Shown here one piece after another: positions 9,121-17,046 of a DNA stretch of 64,000 bases. Origin of the DNA: Alphaproteobacteria bacterium (GTDB taxonomy: Bacteria > Pseudomonadota > Alphaproteobacteria > JAJTHO01 > CANGYM01); assembly GCA_044372405.1 (NCBI GenBank), contig JBILRW010000001.1, positions 19,260-83,259 of the forward strand, written 5' to 3'. The position numbers and the translations under genes are program-made. The notes below the pieces were generated by a model, which saw nothing but the letters and a program-made list of their open reading frames with translations, searched no databases and was not told the origin of the DNA. Positions within the stretch are counted from its first letter, which is position 1. Every line of letters begins with the position of its first letter.

Positions 9121-9837
9121 ATGCCAACGGCGATTATTATTCTGGGGCAACCTGGCAGTGGGAAAAGCACCCTGATTCCTGAAGTGGCTGCCCGCCTTGA
9201 AAAAGAAACAGGTTTGAAGTTTCTAAACTTAGACAACGACCGTACTTGGACATCAGAAGCAAGAAATAAAAAAGCTCAAGAAGAAGGTTTTTCCAGTGCT
9301 GATGACCCAGCGTTTGTAAAAAATTGGGGTTTAAAAATTTTGCAAGCCATCATGGCGGAAAACGCCGAGGATTTAAAACAAAATCCCGAGGCAATTGGCC
9401 TGATTCACCTGCCAGACAAAAATCCATATCAAATCATCGCAGGTAAGCCCGTATTGGAATTAACGATGGATCAATATAGGAATCTAGGGGTTGAGGTTTT
9501 GGATTATGTTGTTTTGACCTTTGATGGACCTAATAATAATTTTATTGATGAATTCTGGTGCCGCTTTGAGGGACGTGGGGCGAACAATCCACAACAGGCA
9601 AAGTTGGATGAGGATAAATATTCTGAGGAAAATTTGTTGTTTCGGCGCACCTGTTGTAATAAGGCTGCAGAGCAGTTTATAGGAACGAATATTCCCCTTA
9701 AAGCCACTAAAGATGAGGCTGTATCGTCAATTGTTGGTGCGGTAGCAACGGTTTTGAAAAAACAGGGTCTGGTTTATCAAACACCGCTTGAAAAGTTATG
9801 GGACGCTATGCGGGGCAATATGGGGTATAGGCACTAA
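9121..9837 (+). CDS. Zeta-toxin-like P-loop kinase (PezT/zeta family)
   Basis: Walker A ILGQPGSGKST is followed by ...LDNDRTW, which parallels PezT GGQPGSGKT...IDNDTF. The region is AT-rich and no epsilon/PezA-like ORF lies upstream. Confidence 0.5.
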   Translation: MPTAIIILGQPGSGKSTLIPEVAARLEKETGLKFLNLDNDRTWTSEARNKKAQEEGFSSADDPAFVKNWGLKILQAIMAENAEDLKQNPEAIGLIHLPDKNPYQIIAGKPVLELTMDQYRNLGVEVLDYVVLTFDGPNNNFIDEFWCRFEGRGANNPQQAKLDEDKYSEENLLFRRTCCNKAAEQFIGTNIPLKATKDEAVSSIVGAVATVLKKQGLVYQTPLEKLWDAMRGNMGYRH

Positions 9838-10000
9838 TCGCCCCGCTTGGACGGGGGCAAATAGGGGGATGGAAACCTCGTAAAAGCGGTCCATGACCCC
9901 CCACCAACTCAAACCCAATAGGGCGGCCGAGGGTGATTGATCCCCCCTCTACCCCCCCCTTTCCGCCAGAACCTGAAGAATTTCCCGAAAGGCCGCGTGA

Positions 10001-10204
10001 ATGGGGGCGGGGCCGGGGAGGGTGGCCAGGGCGGCCTCGGCAGGGTGCTCGATTCTCTGGCTGCCGTCCTACGCCCCTGATCTGAATAAAATTGAAAACT
10101 CTTGGGCCACCATCAAACATTACGCCAGAAAATTCCTCGCACGATTCGGCGCAACCCTAAAATGGGCCATCCTCAGAGCCATCGCAACCTTCCAAAAAAA
10201 CTAA
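10001..10204 (+). pseudogene. IS630/Tc1-mariner family transposase, C-terminal remnant
   Basis: ...ILWLPSYAPDLNKIENSWATIKHYARKF... matches the IS630 C-terminal block (LPPYSPDLNPIE). Only about 67 codons remain and there is no N-terminal part. Confidence 0.65.
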
Positions 10205-10337
10205 CCTTAGTGCGGTAGGCAATATGCTGCGTGTCTTGGTAGAAAAGATTCATTTGCGATAAGGCGGTTTATGGCTGATGTCTGTGAAAAAAAGGTGGCA
10301 GCCTTTGGGGGGATTTGTTAAGGTCGCCTTCCTTTGT

Positions 10338-10421
10338 GCGGTCGTGGCGGAATGGTAGACGCGCAGCGTTGAGGTCGCTGTGGGGAGACCCGTGGAAGTT
10401 CGACTCTTCTCGACCGCACCA
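10338..10421 (+). tRNA. tRNA-Leu (anticodon GAG)
   Basis: GCGGTCGTGGCGGAATGGTAGACGC...CAGCGTTGAGGTCGCTG..., a long variable arm, the T-loop GTTCGACTC and a 3' CCA. Confidence 0.85.
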
Positions 10422-10476
10422 CGGGTGGACATCAAAAAAAGAGGGTTTACAAGATGTTTTGAGTGACGTTTAAACC

Positions 10477-11706
10477 TTATACCATCCACACCGGCACGGC
10501 ATCCATATCCTTTCCTAACGGCAAAACAGTGGGCGTAAAGCATAGGACAGCACCATAGCCCATGGGTTTGCCCAGGTTTTCAAGAACACCAAAGCTTTTG
10601 AGCGCGTTTTTATCAGGGGTGGACGTTTTTTTGATCTCGATGGGGTGCAGGATGCCGTTTTGTTCCAACAACAGGTCAATTTCCCGTTTTTCTTTATCGC
10701 GGTAAAAATAAAGCGGTGCAGCTTGGCCGTTGTGCCAGAACGATTTGATGATTTCCGAAACGACCCATGTTTCCAGCATTGCCCCCGCCATGGCCCCATT
10801 TTCCAGGGTTTCTGGCGATGTCCAGCGGGTCAGATAGGCACATAGACCCGTATCCATGAAATACAATTTCGGTGTTTTGATCAGCCGTTTGGTTTGGTTG
10901 GTGAAATAGGGCTCCAGCAGCGTGATAATACCAGAGCCCTTGAGTGCGTTCAGCCAGGCTTTGGCCACGGTTTCCTTAATCCCCACATCCTGAGCCATAT
11001 CGGCATAATTCACCAGCTGTCCCGTACGGGCGGCGGCCACCTGCATAAATTTGTAAAAATCCTCGATGCTGGACACGTCCAGATAGGTGCGAATGTCTTG
11101 CTGGATATAGGTGCTGAGATACGATTCGTAAAAATCCCCCCAAAGGTCCGCGTCCGCCCCCACCATAGCGGGATAAGAGCCACGCCAAATGCGGTAATAA
11201 ACCTCGGCACGGGTCAAAGGTGTCGCCGTTTTTTGGCGTTCCCGATGCAGCGCGAGTGAGGGCACATAGGGTGGACTTTCCGGCCTGCCGGTTTCCTCGG
11301 CCAAGGAGATCCCCTGCAACTTGCGTATGCCCACGCGACCCGCCAGGGATTCCGTGACATTCTTCATCATTTCAAAATGCTGGGATCCCGTCAGCCAGAA
11401 TAACCCGGGCTTTCCCGCCTTATCCACCGCCATTTTGATATAGGGGAACAGCTCCGGTGCGTATTGCACTTCATCAATCAGTACGGGTAGGTCCAGCCGT
11501 TCAATAAACGCCGCCGGATCTTCCTTGGCAGCGGCGCGTATGCCCAGATGATCCAGGGTGATGGTGGAACGTATGCCGTGCTCCAGCGTTTCCAGCAGCG
11601 TTGTTTTGCCCACTTGGCGCGGCCCCGTCAGCAGCACAGCACCGAAATGTTGGCTGGCTTTCAAGAGACTCCGCACAAGTGTCCGGGGTATATGGGCTTT
11701 TTCCAC
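10477..11706 (-). CDS. AAA-family ATPase with a DUF4143 domain
   Basis: Walker A GPRQVGKTT. The overall architecture matches the widespread ATP-binding proteins often found in islands next to tRNAs. Confidence 0.75.
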   Translation of the reverse strand: MEKAHIPRTLVRSLLKASQHFGAVLLTGPRQVGKTTLLETLEHGIRSTITLDHLGIRAAAKEDPAAFIERLDLPVLIDEVQYAPELFPYIKMAVDKAGKPGLFWLTGSQHFEMMKNVTESLAGRVGIRKLQGISLAEETGRPESPPYVPSLALHRERQKTATPLTRAEVYYRIWRGSYPAMVGADADLWGDFYESYLSTYIQQDIRTYLDVSSIEDFYKFMQVAAARTGQLVNYADMAQDVGIKETVAKAWLNALKGSGIITLLEPYFTNQTKRLIKTPKLYFMDTGLCAYLTRWTSPETLENGAMAGAMLETWVVSEIIKSFWHNGQAAPLYFYRDKEKREIDLLLEQNGILHPIEIKKTSTPDKNALKSFGVLENLGKPMGYGAVLCFTPTVLPLGKDMDAVPVWMV

Positions 11707-11999
11707 GTGCTGACCAATCTGTTATTTTTTATAAGATTAGTCGAAAATGGTTAACGGTTCAATGCCAGAGTGGTTTAACAGAACGCAAAATGTTCAAGGG
11801 CAACATTTTTTATGGGATCAAAAATCCGTCACCACCATACGCCCATCGGATTTTCGAACAATCCATTCGGTGGGTGGGGTTTCGGTCGGTAAGTCATTTT
11901 CTTTTTTTTGCGTGGGTGGCTGTGTTTCCTCGGCAGGTGTGTTAGTGTCGGTGGTCATATCAATCCTTTGATCATTTCATACATAGATAAAGTACCATA

Positions 12000-13286
12000 A
12001 TGTCCGCCCCCAAACCACCCCGATTTGCTGTGGATCACAGCGTCACCCTTCGTCGGTTGGTGCTGGAGATTTACGGTGATGTCCTAAAACGCAAACAAAC
12101 GCTGGAGGACACCTGCGCCCAGCATCCCAGTTTCGCCCGCTACACCCCCCAAGATCGGGGCTTTGTCATGTTGCGCTTAAAAACCCTGTTTCGGTATCGG
12201 GGGGCGTTTATGGCCATGATTCGAGCATTTTCGCCCAAAACGACGGATCATGAGACCATTTTACATTTGGCCCTGACGGAGGCTCTGTGCCTGGATACGC
12301 CCGTATATGCCATTTCTCAGTGGGCCAAGGGGGCATCGAAACCCTACGCCCGGGGCTATGTCCATGCCCTGATCCAGCGGGCGGTGCGTTTGGGGGAGGG
12401 TTGGCGTGATCTTTATTTAACAGCCCAAACCCTGATGCCCACCTGGCTCTATGATCGGTTGAGCGTTCAGTATGACGAGGCCACGCTGGATGCTATGGCC
12501 CGGGTATGTTTAAGAATGCCGCCGCTGGACATCACGTTGGCGGCTCCTGGCGGGGTAGGGGAGGGGGGGGATCCCTTTCTGGTGCCCTGGTCGTACCGTT
12601 ATTCTGAGTCGCCGGCTGTGACGACACTTCCCGGGTATGACCAAGGATTGTGGTGGGTTCAGGATGTGGCGGCCAGTTTCCCCGTCATGGCCCTGGGCGA
12701 TGTAACGGGAAAAACCGTTTTGGATATGGGCGCGGCCCCGGGCGGAAAGACCATGCAGTTAGCGTCCCGGGGGGCGGCTGTCACTTCCCTGGATTATGCG
12801 CCGGATCGGATGAAACTGCTAAAGGAAAACCTGGGGCGAACGGGATTAACGGCGGAGGTTGTCTGCGCCGATGCCTTGACATGGAATCCGCCTCAGCTTT
12901 TCGATGCTGTGCTGCTGGATGCGCCGTGTTCGGCCACGGGGACGCTGCGCCGCCATCCGGAATTGCCGTGGATTCGGGATGGATCCCAGATCGGGGCGTT
13001 ACAGGCAGGGCAGGGGGCTTTGCTTCATCGCGCCCTGGATGCCGTTAAACCTGGCGGTAAGGTTGTATACGCTGTGTGCTCACTACTCAGGGAAGAAGGG
13101 CCCGATGTGATCCAGGCGTTTCTGGCGGGGCGGCCGGATTGCCTCTTGCAGCCCATAACAAACCAAGATAGCATGATCCCTGATTTTGCCCTGAAAGACG
13201 GCTATCTGCAGACCCATCCCCGTCAGGCTGCTGATGCGGGGGGTATGGATGGTTTTTTTGCGGCATGTCTTTTGAAAACATCCTGA
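12000..13286 (+). CDS. rsmB: 16S rRNA (cytosine967-C5)-methyltransferase (Sun/RsmB family)
   Basis: The SAM-binding motif DMGAAPGGKT, and the catalytic motifs DAPCSATG and PGG.VVY...CS. Confidence 0.85.
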   Translation: MSAPKPPRFAVDHSVTLRRLVLEIYGDVLKRKQTLEDTCAQHPSFARYTPQDRGFVMLRLKTLFRYRGAFMAMIRAFSPKTTDHETILHLALTEALCLDTPVYAISQWAKGASKPYARGYVHALIQRAVRLGEGWRDLYLTAQTLMPTWLYDRLSVQYDEATLDAMARVCLRMPPLDITLAAPGGVGEGGDPFLVPWSYRYSESPAVTTLPGYDQGLWWVQDVAASFPVMALGDVTGKTVLDMGAAPGGKTMQLASRGAAVTSLDYAPDRMKLLKENLGRTGLTAEVVCADALTWNPPQLFDAVLLDAPCSATGTLRRHPELPWIRDGSQIGALQAGQGALLHRALDAVKPGGKVVYAVCSLLREEGPDVIQAFLAGRPDCLLQPITNQDSMIPDFALKDGYLQTHPRQAADAGGMDGFFAACLLKTS

Positions 13287-13292
13287 TGATTT

Positions 13293-13964
13293 GTGATTGT
13301 GTGGTTTGTGATTGTGGTTCGTCTGGCGCCGTCTTTGTTATCCGCTGATTTTGCCAACCTGGCCCGGGATATTGCGGCGTTGGCGGCCGCGGGGGCGGAT
13401 TCTTTACACCTGGATGTGATGGATGGGCATTTTGTGCCCAATATGACCTTTGGCCCGCCGGTGATTGCGGCGCTGCGGCCCTTAACCTCGCTGCCGCTGG
13501 ATGCCCATTTGATGATCACAAATGCCGAAGAAACGGTGGAATCCTACATCGCTGCTGGTGTTAATCATATTACGGTCCACGCAGAGGCCTGCACGCATCT
13601 GGATCGTTTGCTTACGGTGATAAAATCTCGGGGAGTGACCGCGGGCGTGGCGCTGAATCCCGGGACATCGCCGGAGGTTTTACGGTATCTGCCCCAGGTG
13701 GATTTGGTGCTGGTGATGACGGTGAATCCGGGCTTTGGCGGGCAGAGTTTTCTGGAATCTCAAATGGAAAAAATCGCGTGGGTTCGGGATTTTCGCACCA
13801 AGAGGGGGCTGTCTTTTGATATTCAGGTTGACGGCGGCATTACGCATCAAAACATCGGCCGCGTGGTGGCCGCGGGGGCCGATGTGATTGTGGCGGGCAG
13901 TGCGGTTTTTAAGGGGGGAATCACCCAAATTCCCCACAATATCGCCCGGTTGCGCCATGGTTGA
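13293..13964 (+). CDS. rpe: Ribulose-phosphate 3-epimerase
   Basis: ...LAPSLLSADF...HLDVMDGHFVPN...MTVNPGFGGQ...DGGI.... The start is uncertain, because several in-frame GTG codons (13293-13314) follow the rsmB stop. Confidence 0.8.
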   Translation: MIVWFVIVVRLAPSLLSADFANLARDIAALAAAGADSLHLDVMDGHFVPNMTFGPPVIAALRPLTSLPLDAHLMITNAEETVESYIAAGVNHITVHAEACTHLDRLLTVIKSRGVTAGVALNPGTSPEVLRYLPQVDLVLVMTVNPGFGGQSFLESQMEKIAWVRDFRTKRGLSFDIQVDGGITHQNIGRVVAAGADVIVAGSAVFKGGITQIPHNIARLRHG

Positions 13965-15594
13965 GACGGTTCAGCACTTTGATGCCCACATTACGCTGCC
14001 GGATTTTGAGGTCAGCCCTGTGCGCGCGCATCTGATGCAATCGGCGTTGCACCTATCCCCGTATCGTTGGATGCTCCGGCGGGGGGGGATGCCGGAGGTT
14101 ATAGGCTCCCCCCCTGATTTATGGTCCGGGAGTGCTGAGGATGGCCAGGCCTTAATCGATGGCATTTACAAACTGCGCGGCCAGGATTTTGCGGTGGGGG
14201 CGTCCCCCTGGCGTCGCGGTGGGCTGCCGCTGGAGGCCTCAAATTTCATTTGGCTGCGGGATTTGCATGCGGTGGGGGGGGATGAGGCCCGTCAGGTGGC
14301 CCGCCGTTTGACAGAATCCTGGATGCGGGAACATTCGGGATTAACGGGGCTCCCTTGGAAGTCCTACATCGCGGCGGAGCGGGCCGTTCTGTGGCTGCAG
14401 CATTATTCTTTTTTTGCCGCCGGGTCCGATGAGGCGTTTCAAGAGTCCCTGAGTCAATTCCTGATTTTCCACCTTTACCGCCTGCGGGCCCATTATTATG
14501 CGCGGTATGCCGATGATGATCCTTTGCTGATGATCAAGGCCATGATGACCATCACAGGATGTCTGAAGGGATACGAAACCTGGTTTGAAACCCTGGAATC
14601 CTGCCTGGAGGAATACCTGTCCCAAAATGTTGATGAACGGTTCGAGGGTCGCCGCATGAGTCCCTCCGCCCAGTTGGAAACGGTAATTCATCTTTTGGAT
14701 ATCCGGCTGCTTTATCAGGCCAAAAAGCAGCGAGCCCCCGTGTATCTGAAAGACATGCTGTGCCAAATGGCGGCGGTGTTAAAGCGGGCCCAGATGGGGA
14801 CGGGGACCTTGCCGGCGTTTCATGCGACGCCGCGCTATGATCGTTCGTGGTTGCAAAGTTTGCTCACCATGGCGGGGCAGTCGTGCCAGGTGGTGCAGCC
14901 GTATCAGGGTCGTGTGATGGGGCTCGAAAAAATCGTTTGCAAAAATACCTGCGTCATTATGGATTGCCGCCTGCCCGAAACGGGCCAGCGGTATCATGCC
15001 AGCCCGCTGGCGTTTGAACTCAGCATCGGAAAAAATCTGCTGATCACCAACTGCGGCTATAGCGCCACGTTGTCGCCGGAATGGAAGCAGGGCCTGCGCG
15101 GCACGGCGGCCCACAGCACGCTGTCTATGGATGATGCCGATGCCTTTGATTACGGCGCCTCGGGGGAAAAGACCCTGTCCCGCATTGAAACGGACGTTTC
15201 CGAGGACACCGGCCGCATCACCTTAAAAGCCCGCCACGATGGGTATTTCGGCCGTTTTGGCGTGTTGCATGAACGCACGTTGACATTATCCCGCAACGGA
15301 GACCATCTCACGGGGCATGATGGGCTAAAGGGGGCCCAGGGTCATGCCTTTTGCGTGCGTTTTCACCTGCCCCCGCACATTCGGCCGCTGCTGGAGGCTG
15401 GGAAAAACCGCGTTTACCTGGATGCCGTCAACCAGGACATCTGGACCCTGACCTGTCCCGTCCTGCCCATTGCGCTGGAGGAAAGCGTCTTCATCGATAC
15501 CGAGGGCGCCATCCGCCCCACCACCCAAGTCGTCATCCGCGGCACCACCGGCGCCGGACAGACGGATATTCATTGGGTATTGCAGAAGGCGTGA
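13957..15594 (+). CDS. Heparinase II/III-family protein
   Basis: 546 aa, similar to the conserved alphaproteobacterial heparinase II/III-like proteins. The ATG overlaps the end of rpe. Confidence 0.6.
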   Translation: MVETVQHFDAHITLPDFEVSPVRAHLMQSALHLSPYRWMLRRGGMPEVIGSPPDLWSGSAEDGQALIDGIYKLRGQDFAVGASPWRRGGLPLEASNFIWLRDLHAVGGDEARQVARRLTESWMREHSGLTGLPWKSYIAAERAVLWLQHYSFFAAGSDEAFQESLSQFLIFHLYRLRAHYYARYADDDPLLMIKAMMTITGCLKGYETWFETLESCLEEYLSQNVDERFEGRRMSPSAQLETVIHLLDIRLLYQAKKQRAPVYLKDMLCQMAAVLKRAQMGTGTLPAFHATPRYDRSWLQSLLTMAGQSCQVVQPYQGRVMGLEKIVCKNTCVIMDCRLPETGQRYHASPLAFELSIGKNLLITNCGYSATLSPEWKQGLRGTAAHSTLSMDDADAFDYGASGEKTLSRIETDVSEDTGRITLKARHDGYFGRFGVLHERTLTLSRNGDHLTGHDGLKGAQGHAFCVRFHLPPHIRPLLEAGKNRVYLDAVNQDIWTLTCPVLPIALEESVFIDTEGAIRPTTQVVIRGTTGAGQTDIHWVLQKA

Positions 15595-15687
15595 GGGGGG
15601 ATTGATACGACAGGCAGTCCCTGTGATACTCGGGGGAAGGGGGGGGTGAAAAAGGCCTCTTATGCAAACGATGTAGATTGATAAGGG

Positions 15688-15730
15688 CACTTTCAAAGCA
15701 CTTTCAAAGCATGTCACTTTCAAAGCATTG
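15688..15730. promoter_or_regulatory. Triple direct repeat ACTTTCAAAGCA upstream of higBA (candidate operator), with a TTGACA -35-like hexamer right after it
   Basis: gcACTTTCAAAGCACTTTCAAAGCAtgtcACTTTCAAAGCATTGACAttttt, 50-90 bp upstream of the higB ATG. Confidence 0.45.
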
Positions 15731-15780
15731 ACATTTTTATCAATTTATGGCATAAAGAGTGCTATTGACGGACAACCTTA

Positions 15781-16125
15781 ATGAAAACCATACGCCCTAT
15801 TTCTTGGGTATCGGCGGCTCGAAAATCTTTTTGTGATTTTCCTTTGGGGGCGCAAGAGATCATTCTCTCTTCTCTCACCATGGCTGCTGAGGGAGGCATG
15901 CCCCCTTTGGCCAAGCCTTTTAAAGGTATGGGTTCTGGGGTTTTTGAAATTGCTCTTCCTTATCAAGGGGATGCGTACCGATGTGTTTATGCGGTCAAGC
16001 TGGCGGATGCGGTTTGGGTGGTTCATGCCTTCCAAAAAAAGTCTAAAACAGGCATCAAAACGCCGCAACAAGAGGTTGATCTGATACGAAAACGACTGAA
16101 ATTGTTAAAAGAGGCACTATCATGA
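15781..16125 (+). CDS. higB: HigB-like toxin (Gp49/DUF891 family, RelE/ParE superfamily)
   Basis: 114 aa, with ...RCVYAV...VWVVHAFQKKSKTG.... Confidence 0.75.
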   Translation: MKTIRPISWVSAARKSFCDFPLGAQEIILSSLTMAAEGGMPPLAKPFKGMGSGVFEIALPYQGDAYRCVYAVKLADAVWVVHAFQKKSKTGIKTPQQEVDLIRKRLKLLKEALS

Positions 16126-16430
16126 CCCCAGAAGAACCTTTGGACCTCATCCACGGCAGCGGCAATGTGTTTCAGGATTTTGGCTATTCCGATGCGGATA
16201 TTCGCCAGGCCAAGGCCTTGCTGGCGGCAAAAATTCTGATCCGTATGGAACAGCAAGGGCTGTCTCTGCATCAGGCAGAATCCTTAACAGGGGTTCCCCG
16301 ACTGGAATTTTCCCGTATCGTCAAAGCCGATCTTTCCCGCTTGACCCTGGACCGATTGCTGTATATCTGCAACCGCTTGGGTACCCAGGTGGGATTTAGT
16401 TTGAGGGAAGAGGGTCACGCGGCCCACTGA
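16122..16430 (+). CDS. higA: HigA-like HTH (XRE-family) antitoxin
   Basis: 102 aa with an HTH (LSLHQAESLTGVPRLEFSRIV). It overlaps higB by 4 nt (ATGA). Confidence 0.75.
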   Translation: MTPEEPLDLIHGSGNVFQDFGYSDADIRQAKALLAAKILIRMEQQGLSLHQAESLTGVPRLEFSRIVKADLSRLTLDRLLYICNRLGTQVGFSLREEGHAAH

Positions 16431-16619
16431 TTTCAATCCGTATGATAAAAAGGGGGAGAAGGGGTAAAAATCCAAAAAAAATCAAATGGCCTTCCTACTA
16501 TGCTCCCCAAGGGGTAGTAAGAAGGCCGAAAAATGACGGTCTACAGCGATGCAGAATACGCTGGATAGTGTGGACCGAAACTACCGCAAACCTCCGAGAT
16601 CTCGGAGGTTAGGTATGAA

Positions 16620-16955
16620 ATGGAAAAGGCAATAATCTCTGCCTTCGAAGAGAAGTTCTTCGAAGAGAAGTTCTTCGAAGGGTGGGTAGTCAAAAACTCT
16701 ACAAATCCACGGACATCCTGGTCCGTGAAAGTGATTTGTGTGCTTCTGCCTCCTCCTATCCGTTTCCAAAGAACGCCTTGGGGGAGCTGTTCCCAATCCT
16801 CCAATCCCAAGGCGTCTTTAGTGCCGAAAAAAGATTTTCTCGTATTAACGAAAAATTTGATAATCATGATAGTAACCTCAAAAACGACAACGAACGTTAA
16901 CAAGGTGGTCAAGTGCAATAAAATCAAGGGGATAATATGCACTAGGCTAGTATGA
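16620..16955 (+). CDS. Orphan hypothetical ORF in an AT-rich islet. It contains the tandem repeat EEKFFEEKFF, and a 133-aa antisense ORF makes the coding strand uncertain
   Basis: A GGAGG lies about 14 nt upstream. There is no family resemblance. It overlaps an equally plausible minus-strand ORF at 16541-16942. Confidence 0.2.
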   Translation: MEKAIISAFEEKFFEEKFFEGWVVKNSTNPRTSWSVKVICVLLPPPIRFQRTPWGSCSQSSNPKASLVPKKDFLVLTKNLIIMIVTSKTTTNVNKVVKCNKIKGIICTRLV

Positions 16956-17046
16956 ATTTAGCCTAATATATATATATGTCAAGAATTTTATGCGTATTTT
17001 CGTGCCGTTTTTTATCTTTTGTTTAAGGGGAAAACTGCTATAGTTT

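Noticed and set aside
10250-10543. 97-aa minus-strand ORF
   Set aside because: It overlaps tRNA-Leu and the end of the DUF4143 gene.
15688-15730. Possible CRISPR array
   Set aside because: There are only three 12-bp direct repeats with 0-4 bp between them. There are no spacers and no cas genes.
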